Positions 28,196 through 40,954 of a stretch of DNA of 64,000 bases are shown here, in pieces. The stretch spans positions 18,104,001 to 18,168,000 of the forward strand of contig NC_043018.1 of assembly GCF_006345805.1 (NCBI RefSeq). Direction: 5' to 3'. The position numbers were made by a program, and so were the translations under genes. The notes under the pieces are model-generated. The model did not search any database, was not told the origin of the DNA, and saw only the letters and a program-made list of their open reading frames with translations. The stretch comes from Octopus sinensis. Its lineage: Eukaryota. Numbering within the stretch: the first letter of the stretch is position 1; every line of letters starts with the position of its first letter.

Positions 28196-28306
28196 TACGC
28201 AAAAGAAATAAGAATGACAGAATGAGGGGAATGAGGCGGTGTATATATTTATATATATATATACGCAAAAGAAATAAGAATGACAGAATAAGGAAAATGA
28301 GGCGGT
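28196..28306. repeat. About 45-bp direct repeat x2 separated by (TA)n
   Basis: tacgcaaaagaaataagaatgacagaat.agg..aatgaggcggt at 28196 and 28262. Confidence 0.85.
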
Positions 28307-28959
28307 AAGGCATAAAGTTACATACAGCATAATCTTTTCCTTTCATCCTTTTCACTTCGTATGATGTTGATGAAACAGAAATATTAATAAACTTGGGTTA
28401 ATTCAAATAAATGTATATCCACTCTTATATAATTTAGATATTTAAACAATTCATGGCTGCTACCTTTGATATTATCGCCCCTTTCTCCTCGTTGACCTTA
28501 TCCAAAACTTTTCTTTCCTCCTCATAGCAGTGCCATTTTAGAATGAAATGGCATTAATAACGCTCAGCAAACAGTTTTGCTGATGTAGTCAGTTACTGAC
28601 AACCTCAAGGAAGACCTATAATACAGTTCCACTGCTGTGTAATTTTAGCGATTTAGTTCCAAATTGTAGCATGACCTTCATCCCCAGAGCCGCCTCATCT
28701 TTTGGATTGGATAGTCTGTATTTCACAATACCTGACCCCCATCTCCACCCGTATCGATATTACCAATGTATACTAGCCAAATTTCATCTCCCGTGTTTTT
28801 CCGCTGCATTAAATTCCAAAAGGAAATATATACGTAGAAAATGAAACTTGTACAATTTGTAAATTGAAACAGTGAAAGAATTGAAGAACAGAAAGGAAAA
28901 GGACAAAACAAATAACTAGGAAGAGAAGGAATAACAAAACCAATTCATTTGGGAAGTAA

Positions 28960-29337
28960 GGGGCGTTAGTTGTATCTGACAGAAACTTGAAACGTCAGAC
29001 AGAGAGCAAACGCAAAATGTGTGGAAAAGAGGACTAAAGTATTAAGCATTTCGTGGGTGCAAAAATTAGCACAAAACGATTATAAATGCGGGTATAACCA
29101 TGGAGTGAGACTCGGTGATAAACAAGCTTGTAAATTCTAAGTGACAGAAAAGGTAGTATCAAGAGATCCAGGTTGTGTTGAAGGATAGTAGTGACAGGAT
29201 TTCTCCGTAGAGATTAAGCAAAACTATTGAAGCAAAGACGCCAGATATGATTGTAGAGGACAAAAACAAATACTAAAACTGTAAAGTAACAGGACTTTGC
29301 AATACCATATGATGGAAGAATGGACATAAGAGAAAAC
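28960..29337 (+). pseudogene. Highly decayed R4/Dong-like RLE relic
   Basis: Remnants KLAQNDYK, PDMIVEDKNK and DFAIPYDGRMDIRE in mixed frames. Confidence 0.55.
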
Positions 29338-29438
29338 TATTATATGTGTGTGTATGTGTTTATATGTATGTACGTATACGTGCGTATTCGCATAGATGTA
29401 CATATATATCATGAACATATCTTTAAACAGAAATGCGC

Positions 29439-29500
<62 letters not shown>

Positions 29501-30494
29501 CAAACAAGCATATATATGTATTAATGCAACCGTGTGTGTAAGTAAATGCGGAACAAAAATTTTGCCTGAATATTGTGTCAATTATGTCATCCTTAGAAAA
29601 TATACCCAATACGAAAGCAAATTCCATTACTTCATAACAACAAAAATGTATTTACAGCATATATGTGTGTGTGCATGCGTATGTGTATGTATATATGTAT
29701 GTTTGTATGTATGCATGTATGTATGCATGTATGTATGTAGGCGTATATGTATGCATGTATATATGTGGGTATATAATTCTACAACTTAACTTCTCTAAGA
29801 AAAGAATACAATTACCACGAAACAATGATTCGTCCAATGTTCTAGCGACCATTAACGTGCACGTTATTGCCCTGACTTGGCATCATTCTAACTTAATCTT
29901 GTCATTAATGGATACATATTCAAAATCATTTTATATTATCACTTATCTCACCTGGGATCCACCTTATACTTACTTGATCGTTGAATATAAAAATTACAGT
30001 TTTCTTCACCTTCATTGTCTATTTTATAGTTCGTATTTTTTCTTATTTTATTTTTTGCTATGTTGCAGCATATTTACATACATTGGTTGTCCTCTGGAAA
30101 ATAGTAAGTTGTCTCATAATACAATTATATGTACCATGTGGTTACGATATATCAATCAACAGTAACACCGCTATTCACCTTATAAACTGCCACAGGGAGT
30201 TACGAAAAAATAGAAATCCAATTATTATTTCATAGGCGACTTCACATAACAATTTGTTTTCAACTAAAGCTTTGGAATAAAACATTTCACGGTTGAACAC
30301 CTGGAGGAGACTCTAATACCAAAACAAACCGAGTCAATTAAATGGAGAAATTGATGCGCTCTATCTACATACAGATGTAATTTCATGTGTAGTTACAGCT
30401 TAATAAAATAAAATAACAGTAACAACAACAACCACATCAATAACCACAGTAGTAATAATAGTAACAATAATAAATAAATAAATAAATAATAGTC

Positions 30495-30632
30495 ATTTCT
30501 ACTGGACGCACAAGGCCTCGAATTTGGGGGAAGGAATTAAGTCGATTACATCGACACCAGTGCGAAACTGCTACTTATTTAATCGACCACGAAACGAAGG
30601 CAAAGTCGACCTCGACGGAATTTGAACTCAGA

Positions 30633-30635
<3 letters not shown>
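30495..30635 (-). mobile_element. C-related SINE fragment
   Basis: aagtcgattacatcgacaccagtgcgaaactg...aaggcaaagtcgacctcgacggaatttgaactcagaa. Confidence 0.75.
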
Positions 30636-30705
<70 letters not shown>

Positions 30706-30721
30706 GATGATAATAATGATA

Positions 30722-30794
<73 letters not shown>

Positions 30795-30803
30795 TAATAA
30801 TAA
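30636..30803. repeat. (TAA)n microsatellite
   Basis: Direct reading. Confidence 0.97.
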
Positions 30804-30853
30804 TCAAACTGGTCTCACACCCATGGATTATCGAATGCCTTAAACTGCGTAAG

Positions 30854-31150
30854 TTCTTTGGGGTTTGAATAAATCACCTTTGAAAGCATGGGTGTTTCGT
30901 TCAACATCTTTAAACAACCCTTATTCAAGGACCTTTTGAGGGGATGGGCTATTCGACCTGAAGAAAATTCTAACTGGGCCCCACCTGCAAGATCATGCGC
31001 TGTTTATTTTCATATGAGATCACCATGTCGCGCACATATGATTCATGTGCTTGGTGTACCCTAATCAGACGGGTAGTCATGATGGGTATACTGGGCTTCG
31101 TATACTTTACCTCAGTGTCATTTTGATAGCATGCACTGCTCTCTCACTCA
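30854..31150 (+). mobile_element. Element D, 3' part
   Basis: Matches 26077-26380. Confidence 0.85.
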
Positions 31151-31162
31151 AGAATAATAATA

Positions 31163-32452
31163 GGATGACTGGATATTAAGTTTTAGATGACTGGATGTTA
31201 AAACTTATTTCAAAGCCATGGGGAAGAATTCATCATACTCAGTAACAAAACAAGCAAAGGAATATCATATTTAAGTGAATTCCAAATGCAACAAATCCCA
31301 GAATTAGACGTACTGGAAACAAGCACAGAAAAAGCTAAGCGTATGAAAACCCATGCTAAAACTGCTGCCTTAGATATTCTTACTGATAAATGTCAAGAAA
31401 AACCTCTGAATGGCAAATACCCAAAGAGAGCCAATAGTGACAATATTGATAAATCCCTTACCCATCAATGGTTAGTGTATTCTGGCTTAAAATCAGAAAC
31501 AGAAGGGTTTATCATTACAGCCCAAGATCAATGCCTACCTACAAGAAACTACAAGGAAAACATATTAAAGAACGGCAGTAGCCCAACATATCGTGTATGA
31601 ACAACAAAATGAAACTACTGATCATGTGCAGTCTTCTCGCGCCAACAGAATATTTCAACAGGTATGAGAGGGCAGCACTGTATGTTCACTGGGTAATTTG
31701 CAATAACCTGGACCAGTCCTATGATAAATACTGGTGGGAACACAAACCACCCCCAGTGCTTAAAAATGATCACATCTCACTCTCCTCTGGAGCTTCACCA
31801 TTCAAACTGACAGAAAGATAGGAGCGAATAGGCCAGACATATTGAAAGATTTCAGACAAAAATCATGCCTTCTCATTGATATGACTGTCCCAATCGACAT
31901 AAATGTATCTGTTAAGACCTACCAAAACCTGAGCAAGTATAAAGATCTTGAAATAGAAATTGGCAAAATGTGGAACCTCAAGACTAAAACAATACCTGTT
32001 GTCATAGGTGCCCTAGGAATGATAGCAAGAGGGACTGATTCCTACCTAGTATAGATACCAGCAAAACCCCAAAATGGTAGAAATTCAAAAGATAGTGTTC
32101 ATAGGAACTACCCGTATTCTACGTAAAATGCTGTCTATATAATCTCAGTTTATAAGTCATAGGAACTACCCGTATTCTACGTAAAATACTGTCTATATAA
32201 TCTCAGTTTTTAAGTCATAGGAACTACCCGTATTCTACGTAAAATAGTGTCTATATAATCTCAGTTTTTAAGATAAACTTATAATTTTCTTATGCTTTCT
32301 TTAAACATTCTCTAGAACAATTCTTTGTACAAAAGCAAATGTATAACGCCCCCAGCATGACACCATCATGAACTTCTAGCTTGTTGTCTCTTAATGTCTC
32401 TGGATAAGACATGAAGCCAACTTGTACAGATGTAAAGCAAACGTCAAACATA
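31163..32452 (+). mobile_element. R4/Dong-like LINE 3' fragment (post-RT, zinc-knuckle region, RLE, 3' UTR)
   Basis: LKSETEGFIITAQDQCLPTRNY...HWVICNNL...WWEHKPP...NRPDI...CLLIDMTVPID...LSKYKDLEIEIGKMWNLKTKTIPVVIGALG, with frameshifts; ends in (TAA)n. Confidence 0.92.
32099..32272 (+). repeat. 58-bp tandem triplication spanning the LINE stop codon
   Basis: tcataggaactacccgtattctacgtaaaat...ctcagtt at 32099, 32157 and 32215. Confidence 0.93.
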
Positions 32453-32535
32453 TAATAATAATAACAACGATAAAAACAACAACAACAACAGCAAAAACAA
32501 TAATAATAATAATGATAATAATAATTATAATAATA

Positions 32536-32612
<77 letters not shown>

Positions 32613-32619
32613 GTAATGT

Positions 32620-32768
32620 CTTTTCTACTCTAGGCACAAGGCGCGAAGCTTTTCGGGAGGGTGCTAGTCGATTAGATCGACCGCAATACTTCACTGGTAC
32701 TTACTTTATCAACCCCGAAAGGATGAAAGCAAAGTCGACCTCTACGGAATTTGAACTCAGAACGTAAA
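32620..32768 (-). mobile_element. C-related SINE fragment
   Basis: ccccgaaaggatgaaagcaaagtcgacctctacggaatttgaactcagaacg. Confidence 0.75.
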
Positions 32769-33502
32769 GAAATTTTGGGGTGAGGGAAGTTGTAATAATA
32801 ACTGAGCGTTGCTGGTGAGGATTTTTTCCGTTTTTCTCTACGTCGTACATTTATACCGAGAAGAATTATGTAAGAGTCAAGAACCAACTTCTGTAGCATG
32901 GCAACATACACACACACATACACACACAGACATATATGCACACATACAGACACACACTCACTAACAAACACACACATACATATACGTGTGCGTATGTGTG
33001 TATGAAGCTATTCTATTCGAATATCTAAATATATATTAGTTATTAAAAGTGACTTGATAACTTTTTAAGCAATTTTGTTTCATACCTAACTTGACATTTT
33101 CTACTTTTTATTACAAGACTGGCTTCTTCGGCAATATTGCCATTACGTTATATTTCATTACCAGCCATCGCATAAGAACTTTTCCTCGTTAATGTATTAA
33201 ACATGAAATTGAATGTATTTCAGTTTTGGAATTATAATGACTTGTCAAGACCGGATACTATTAATATAAAATATTTATCTAAAGGTCATATACAAGCATT
33301 ACTTTTAGTTTTCAGATATAACCCCATTGACAGGTTATGTTTGAAGGCAATATTTTAATGACCTACATCAATGCTTGTGTCCTTTGTTTAGATCCATAAA
33401 ACAAGAAATGCAAAGTTTAAATAGAAAGAGTGTGAATCGGAAAAGTTTGAACCCAAAACATTCAATCAATACTGAAAGATTTTATACCCGACTCAATAAA
33501 AA

Positions 33503-33562
33503 GTTAAATCTTATACTAACGATATTAAATCTTATACTAACGATATTAAATCTTATACTAAC
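33503..33562. repeat. 21-bp tandem repeat x3
   Basis: ttaaatcttatactaacgata repeated. Confidence 0.85.
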
Positions 33563-33600
33563 TATATCTATTCTGAATCCCATATTTGTTCCGTTTATAT

Positions 33601-33698
33601 GACTACACGTGTTTCGAGGAGGTACGTCGGTATTGATTAGATACAAGGTATCTAGTTTCAATACTTAATCGGGTCGGCATACTCTCAATCTTCAGGTC
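33601..33698 (-). ncRNA. Type I hammerhead ribozyme with intact core and extended stem II
   Basis: GAC-CTGAAGA-[long stem II including gtattga/tcaatac and tagatac/gtatcta]-GAAAC-ACGT-GTA-GTC; stem III is the palindrome ACACGTGT. Confidence 0.72.
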
Positions 33699-33960
33699 TG
33701 GATTCCTCAACATTTTTCACTACCCCTACCTCTTACATACCTCCATGATACTCTATATCTTCATTATAATCTTACTTAACATATACAAATGAATAGAAAT
33801 ACAAATAATGAATAAAAATAATAATTGAATATTAAAAATTTAAGGAGTAAAAATTTAAGGAATAAAAATTCAAGGAATAAACATTTAAGAAAAAAAATTT
33901 AAAGAGAATACGAGTGAAAATTACGAATAAAAGTTACATTCTTCACAGAGAACAGTTATC

Positions 33961-34025
33961 GTTTAGAGAAACTGAAGAGACGTCTAGTTCACGCTAGATA
34001 TGAAACCAATGGGTTTTTACTAAAC
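33961..34025 (+). ncRNA. Type I hammerhead ribozyme with intact core
   Basis: GTTTAG-ag-AAA-CTGAAGA-g-acGTCTAG-ttcacg-CTAGATat-GAA-ACC-aatg-GGT-T-TTT-a-CTAAAC: all three stems close and the triplet is GUU. Confidence 0.68.
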
Positions 34026-34779
34026 TGTTACGGTACACATACGATACACATACAAAAAATATGTATATATATTATGTATATATGTATATATGCATATATA
34101 TGCATATATAAATATACACGCACATATATACAAAAATACATACATACATACTGCATGCGTGTGTGTGTGTGTGTGTGTATAAACATCTGGTTATGTCACC
34201 ATAAAGGCAATTTTTGAGATTTGAGATGCCTTCCTTCCCTTGATGTTGAAAACGCTTTATATACAATATACATAAAGTAGTTGATCGATGGGTAGATATT
34301 TGAGTCCTCTACAGATCGATTGATCAATATATAGGCCCTGTAGAGAATCATCAATATTCTGATAACCTAAGAGAAGGAACTTTATCAACATTTTTTCTTG
34401 CCGAATCCCCGGTGCTGCAACCTTAATTTGTAGTCTGTTTTCATTCTTTTTTTTGTTTGTTCTCCAGAAAAAAAATCATAATTTCATTTTACGTATTGGG
34501 TTGGTAGAGCAATTCATTCACCCTCCCCAATTTATTTTAATCTTTTCCAATATTATTTTAATTAACACGAAAATAATGTTTTATCGTAATATTTTATTGT
34601 TTTTGAGGCTCTATTTCTCTTCCATAAACTTCGTCCATCATTTTTGGAATTTGAATAAATTTACCTGAAAACGCAATATTAGAGAATAGTCATAATTTTA
34701 AGTTTTAAAAAAATTAACCCTGAAAATTTTGATAATTATTAATTTCAATTTGCTGAGAATTAAATTTATTCTGCATTTT

Positions 34780-35160
34780 GGACGCAGGCTAAGAACCTTG
34801 CTTCCCAACTACATGGTTCCAGGTTCAATCCCTTGTGTGGCACCTTGGGTAAGTGTCTTTTTCTGTAGCCCCGGGCCGACGAAGCCTTTGTGTGAGATCT
34901 TGGTAGACGGAAATGGAAAGACATCTGTCTTGTATATATATATATATATATATACATATAGATTTGGTGAAATGCATATGTGTGTATGCGTTTGTGCCCG
35001 TGTATTTGCGTTCCCGTAACTTACCGGTTGGGCAAATGTCACCTATAGAATAAGTACCAGGCTAAAAAAAATTAGTCCTGGGGACGTTTTTTTGGCTAAA
35101 ACACTTCATGACGATGCCCCAGCATAGCCGCAGCGACTGAAACATGTAAAAGAAAGATAA
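34780..35160 (+). mobile_element. SINE family B, diverged
   Basis: ttgcttcccaactacatggttccaggttcaatcc...caccttgggtaagtgtc...gccccagcatagccgcag. Confidence 0.85.
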
Positions 35161-36070
35161 ATGGAAGATCTATGATATAGTTATTAAATTAATAGTTGTT
35201 ACACTCATATTTTGACGATAGAAGATAGCAATTAAATGAGGAAATAACTTTGATTAAGATGTGCTACCTTAAAATATAGATACCACGCATTTCAGAAAAA
35301 AATATATATAGACGAGGAAAAGACACGTTCAAGGGGACAGTATTGTTGGAAACCTTGTCAAAGAGATTTATGTGGACCACAAAATATAGTGGCAATAACC
35401 AAGTTTTCGAAAATGTATTCCGTTAACAAAAGATAACACTGGTCAACAAATTAAAACTTTTATTTTCTGGCATAAAGCCTTAGAGCTGTTTGAGACTAAC
35501 GTGTTTGTGCCATCGGTATATACCTGTATTTACCTGGAACATACCAAATGTTAACTTTACACCACTACTTGAGAGAATTTTGGCTGGATTGTCGTGCTGA
35601 TTTTAAATAATATGTTCAAACTGAATTTTGCTTTAAAATACTTCCTCATTTTTTCAGGTGTGATGTAGTTATGGATATCAAAAAGAAGCGCATGTTGTAA
35701 TGGCCCCGATATCTTCTGTTACATCTGTGGAAACTTCACTCGGATCTTTTCACCTCAATAGACTTCACTCGGATTTATTCACCTCAATAGACGTCATTGA
35801 TTGTTTGAAATTGCCGAAATACGAGAAATTTAACAACAAACTACGAAATTTTCTCAAGAACGCCAAGAGAAAAAGATGTTTTATGTGACACATTCTACCA
35901 GTATACGAAGTTTAAAAGTGTTTGGTTACAAAAAATTATTTTTTAAATCTGGCGGTCAAAGTGAAAAGATCCCTTCACTCCACAGGCTCAAAGGCACAAC
36001 ATTAATAACTTTGTCAAGGTGTATCATGCTTACGTTCAAATAACACTTGCAGTCTAGAATAAAACCCGTG

Positions 36071-36240
36071 TTGAAACTTGGTGTGATGTAGCAATTCATC
36101 AAAGCCCTTGATCACAGTAGAGACTGCTTCAGATATATATGTACAACCTTTCCAAGTCTCAGTAACGAGAAGAATAAGGTAGGAATATTTGATGGACCTC
36201 AAATAAGAACACTCCTCAGGAATCCACATTTTGTTACAAG
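36071..36240 (+). pseudogene. DNA-transposase relic (Chapaev/CMC-like from recall)
   Basis: LKLGVM*QFIKALDHSRDCFRYICTTFPSLSNEKNKVGIFDGPQIRTLLR resembles HIKLGLMKQFVKALD...GIF.GPQIR transposase motifs. Confidence 0.6.
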
Positions 36241-36318
36241 AATATGTGCGGTGGAGGCTAGAGTTTGGAATGCCTTCCCTGATGTGGTGCGGAATTTCTT
36301 TAGAAACAGGAATGCTGA

Positions 36319-36509
36319 ATGCTCAACTGGTTAAGGTCAAACAACCGACAAGCAAATCTGTGGTATTGAGCAGGATATTTGCTGTAGCCCATCTTTTATA
36401 CCAAGACAAAACGATGTGCATGATAACACTTCCAATCAGTTAAGATCAGAAGTCATGAGAGCCACTGCCTGGAACTGCATCAGGTTATTTATTATTATTA
36501 TTATTATTA

Positions 36510-36540
<31 letters not shown>

Positions 36541-37029
36541 GAGTGAGGTAAAATATACGAAGCCCAATATACTCATCATGACTACCCGTCTGATAAGGGT
36601 ACACCAGGCACATGCATCACAACCATATGTGCGCGACATGGTGATCTCATATCAAGATTAACAGCGCATGACCTTGCAGGTTGGGCCCGGTTAGAATTTT
36701 CTTCAGGTTGAGTAGCTCATCCCGCTAAAAAGGTCCCTGAATAAGGGTTGTTTAAGGATGTTGAAAGAACCACCCATGTTTCCAAAGGTGAACTATTCAA
36801 ACCCCAAAGAATCCCTCTCAACACATGGCTATGATGCTCCCCCACTACTTCTGCTCGTGATCAGAGATGCACATATCGTCAGCCACTAAGGGACATGCTC
36901 AACTGGTTAAGGTCAAACAACTGACAAGCAAATCTGTGGTATTGAGCAGAATATTTGCTGTAGCCCATCTTTTATACCAAGACAAAACAATGTACATGAT
37001 AACACTTCCAATTAGTTAAGATCAGAAGT
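36319..37029 (-). mobile_element. Element D: two tandem pieces separated by (ATT)n
   Basis: 36541-37029 is the reverse complement of 25908-26380 plus extra 5' sequence; 36319-36482 repeats the 5' part. Confidence 0.85.
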
Positions 37030-37453
37030 TATTATTATTATTATTATTATTATATTATTATTATTATTATTATTATATGTACTGAGAGAGAGGGGGAGAA
37101 AAACAACTGTCATATAAAGCGTCAAACAATATATCTACAGTAATTAAGTACTCAATACTGGGTCGTTTAAACGAAACACCTTATGACAATGCATTAAATC
37201 CAAGTGGAAAAGCTTACACGTATTTAACGATTAGCATAGTCTGTAATATTCAGGATAGTATAATATAAATATTAGTGTTAATTTAGATTATTTTAATTCA
37301 TTTATATGCATCTTAATTACGTATTATGGAATTAATTATGCTTATTATTAATATCTTAATATTCTTAATGAGATAGCTGTTGAAGTAATTCAATTATGTA
37401 CTCTCAGTGAAACATAATTGTCTGCTTATATATATATATACATACATACATAA

Positions 37454-37486
<33 letters not shown>

Positions 37487-37578
37487 CATATACATATATA
37501 TATACATATACATATATATATATATACACGTATATATATATATATATAAACGTGTATATATATATATATATATATAGG

Positions 37579-37785
37579 GAAGGCGCGTGGCTTAGTGGTT
37601 AGTGCGCTCAAATCGCAATCAGCGGTGCGTTGTCTCCTTGAGCAAGACTCTTTATTTCACATTGCTCCAGTCTGGCCAGCTGGCAAAAACACTTGTGCAA
37701 TGGATCAGTAGGCTATCCTTGTCATATTCCGCGTGTGACGCTGAATCTCCTTGAGAACCTCGTTAAGTGTACGCGTGTCTGTGGA
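37579..37785 (+). mobile_element. Old A-related SINE with a clearer CORE-like block
   Basis: ggcgcgtggcttagtggttag...tccttgagcaagactc...gctgaatctccttgagaacctcgttaagtgtacgcgtgtctgtgga. Confidence 0.7.
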
Positions 37786-37823
37786 CGAGTAAATATGTGT
37801 GTATACATGTGAGTGTGAGTCCT

Positions 37824-37854
<31 letters not shown>

Positions 37855-38265
37855 GTGTGTGTGTGCATGCGCGTGTCTGTGCTTGTATTTGTATGTGTGT
37901 ATGTGTTTGATTACATGCCATTCGTGAACACACATATATCTGCGCACACACTTAGACCAAAATTAGGCAAATTATATTTTGATCGCCGGAGTTGACAATT
38001 TAAGAATATTTGTATGATATTCAGGTGCTTGTCTAATTTTCCATATTTCTATTGACAAGAGACGTTTCTCCTTAATATCAATTAAAGTAGTTATACTATC
38101 GATAGTAATTAATGAATATAATTATTTGTCTGACTGTATACTCAACAACTTCAATATTGCATTTATACGCTTAGATACTGTTTAGCGGCTTTCGATACAC
38201 CTCACTTAACCTTCGTCATTATTTTGATCTCAACTTTCTTAAATCATTTATCTCCTTTATCGAGT

Positions 38266-38644
38266 GGAGGCGCAATGGCCCAGTGGTTAGGGCAGCGGAC
38301 TCGCGGTCATAGGATCGCGGTTTCGATTCCCAGACCGGGCGTTGTGAGTGTTTATTGAGCGACACCTAAAAGCTCCACGAGGCTCCGGCAGGGGATGGTG
38401 GTGATCCCTGCTGTACTCTTTCACCACAACTTTCTCTCACTTTTACTTCCTGTTTCTGTTGTACCTGTATTTCAAAGGGCCGGCCTGGTCACTCTCTGTG
38501 TCATGCTGAATATCCCCGAGAACTACGTTAAGGGTGCACGTGTCTGTGGAGTGCTCAGCCACTTACACGTAAATTTCACGAGCGGGCTGTTCCGTTGATT
38601 CGGATCAACCGGAACCCTCATCGTCGTAACCGACGGAGTGCTTC
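38266..38644 (+). mobile_element. SINE A1 with a 43-bp flanking direct repeat
   Basis: Full-length match; 38218-38260 equals 38655-38697 with 1 mismatch. Confidence 0.92.
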
Positions 38645-38850
38645 TTTCTCTTAAATTATTTTGATCTCAACGTTCTTAAATCATTTATCTCCTTTATTTT
38701 ATGACTATTTATTTAGAAGATGGTGAGATGAAAGAATCGTTACACACTGTCTTTACATTCTGAGTTCAAATTCTGAAGAGGTCGATGTTGTCTTTCATCA
38801 TTTCGGGGGTCGATAAAAATCTTTACAAACCTAGCACTGGCATCGATATA

Positions 38851-39084
38851 TATATTTCTTTATTGCCCACAAGGGGCTAAACATAGAAGGGACAAACAAG
38901 GACAGACAAACGGATTAAGTCGATTATATCGACCCCAGTGCGAAACTGGTACTTTATTTATCGACCCCGAAAGGATGAAAGGCAAAGTCGACCTCGGCGG
39001 AATTTGAACTCAGAACGTAACGACAGACGAAATACCGCGAAGCATTTCGCCCGGCGCGCTAACGTTTCTGCCAGCTCGCAGCCG
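38851..39084 (-). mobile_element. SINE C nested antisense in an older C-related SINE (38720-39170)
   Basis: 19-bp TSD tagcactggcatcgatata at 38832-38850 and 39085-39103. Confidence 0.92.
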
Positions 39085-39329
39085 TAGCACTGGCATCGAT
39101 ATAGTTGCCTAGTCCCCCCCCCCAACATCCTCCAAAAGAATTCAGGTCTTGTGCGTATAATAGAAATGGTTAGCGATGGGCTGGCGTGTTAAAGAAAATA
39201 CAGCGGCATTTTTTTACGTTCTCAGTTCAAATTCTGCCTTAATCGGGTTTACCATACGTCTTTTCACGGTCGGTAAAATAACTACTCTTCGCACTACATT
39301 TTCAAGTCTTGTGTCTATAGTATAAAAAA

Positions 39330-39486
39330 TTATTACATTATTTACATTATTTACATTTGACCGATATTTGTCCTCATCTTGTTTGTTGTCAGCACAACGT
39401 TTCGGGTGATATATCCTCCAGCCTTCATCAGGTGTCTTGGGGAAATTTCGAACCTGGGTTCTCATTTCTAATGTGTTTTTCGATAT
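39330..39486 (-). mobile_element. HHR-bearing short repeat (copy 1; HHR at 39391-39436)
   Basis: Matches 51224-51371. Minus strand: GACAC-CTGATGA-A-GGCTG..CACCC-GAAAC-GT-T-GTGCT. Confidence 0.8.
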
Positions 39487-39491
39487 TATTA

Positions 39492-39562
39492 TGGCGTAGT
39501 GGTTAAGAGTGTGGGCTACTAACCTCAAGATTCCGAGTTCGATTCCAGTCAGTGACCTGAAT
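39492..39562 (+). mobile_element. tRNA-like Pol III head followed by (TAA)n
   Basis: A box TGGCGTAGTGG and B box GAGTTCGATTCC; no complete acceptor stem. Confidence 0.65.
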
Positions 39563-39617
39563 AATCATGATAAAATAATAATGATAATAATGATAATAAT
39601 AATAATAATAATAATAA

Positions 39618-39748
39618 TACTTTCTATGTAATCTCCAATTTTAAAACAAACAATTTTCTTATGGTTTCTTAAACATTCTCTAGAACAACAATTTATGTAC
39701 AAAGCCAAATATATGGCAGGCTAGGTATAGCGCCAACATGAACCTCTA
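39618..39748 (+). mobile_element. R4/Dong-like LINE 3' UTR fragment
   Basis: Matches 32275-32380 (ttttcttatg...aaacattctctagaacaa...catgaac). Confidence 0.7.
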
Positions 39749-40077
39749 AAAGCTAAATAATGTTCACAATACCTCATCTCTTAAATATAGGTTGAATTAT
39801 TATTTTATGATTATTCATTTACTGCCAGTAAGTTAGCGCGTCGAAGAAAAGTCTTAGCAGTATTTCTAAAGAGTATTTGAGTTCGGAGTTCAAATTTCGC
39901 TCAGATCGGTTTGTCTCTCATCTAAGCTGGGTCGATGAAATAAGTGCCAGTTGAGCACTGGGTCGATGTAATCTACAAGGTCCCTTTCCACAAAATATCA
40001 GACCTTATTCTTATATAAGAAACTTTCTCAATCCATTCATTCTTCTGAATAACACTGATGTTAATATAGCTATATTT

Positions 40078-40435
40078 TATCTTTGACTTGTTTCAATCTT
40101 TAGACTGCAGCTATGCCTTGAAGAATTTTTCGTCGAATGTATCGACCCCAGTTCTTATTTTTCAAAGCTTGGTACTTACTCTATCGGTCTCTTTTGCTGA
40201 ATCGCTATGTTACGGGAAATAATCACATCAGCACCGATTGTCAAGCAGTGGGTGGGGACAAACAGAGGCACAAAGACAAACGCACGCACACACACACATT
40301 CATATACATATATACGATGGGCTTCTATCAGTTCCCATTCACAAGCCATTGGTCGGCTGGGAACTATAGTTGAACCCAAGGTGCCACACGATGGGACTGA
40401 ACTCGGAACCATGAGGTAAGGAAGCAAGCTTCTTT
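40078..40435 (-). mobile_element. SINE family B, diverged
   Basis: Similar to 60902-61325. Confidence 0.8.
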
Positions 40436-40905
40436 CGGAAACACTACCACCTTCAGAGCAAAGATGAATATTTTGTACTTATATGTTAATGTATTATGGT
40501 CTATACCTCATTTATTCTTATGATTTTATACAGTTTAAACGTTCTGAAACTAGGAATTAATCGTGTATTAACACTGTTGGTTAGGCCCTCACTCCGGCTG
40601 ATATTGAACCGATTCAGTTCCACAATAGTATTGGTGGCTTCTATTGTCCACATGACAAATATTGATTCAAACTTATATACGAAAATTCTAGAAAGATTTA
40701 ATCAATTTTTATATTCAGAATATTTCATTATATTTTGTCATAAACAAAATTTATTCTTCCCGATATTGTATCGAAAACGTTCAGTCTGTTACATATATAT
40801 TAAACACATGTGTTCTTATATTTAAATGTATTAAATATATATATATATATATATCTTTAATAGTCAGTTTGTATATAGTAATTTCAAATGCATACAAATT
40901 CAGAA

Positions 40906-40954
<49 letters not shown>

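Noticed and set aside
36425-36482. Faint U2 snRNA resemblance in the element D end (atcagttaagatcaga; cctgg.actgca)
   Set aside because: Two short degenerate matches with the wrong spacing and no Sm site; insufficient without a covariance-model search.
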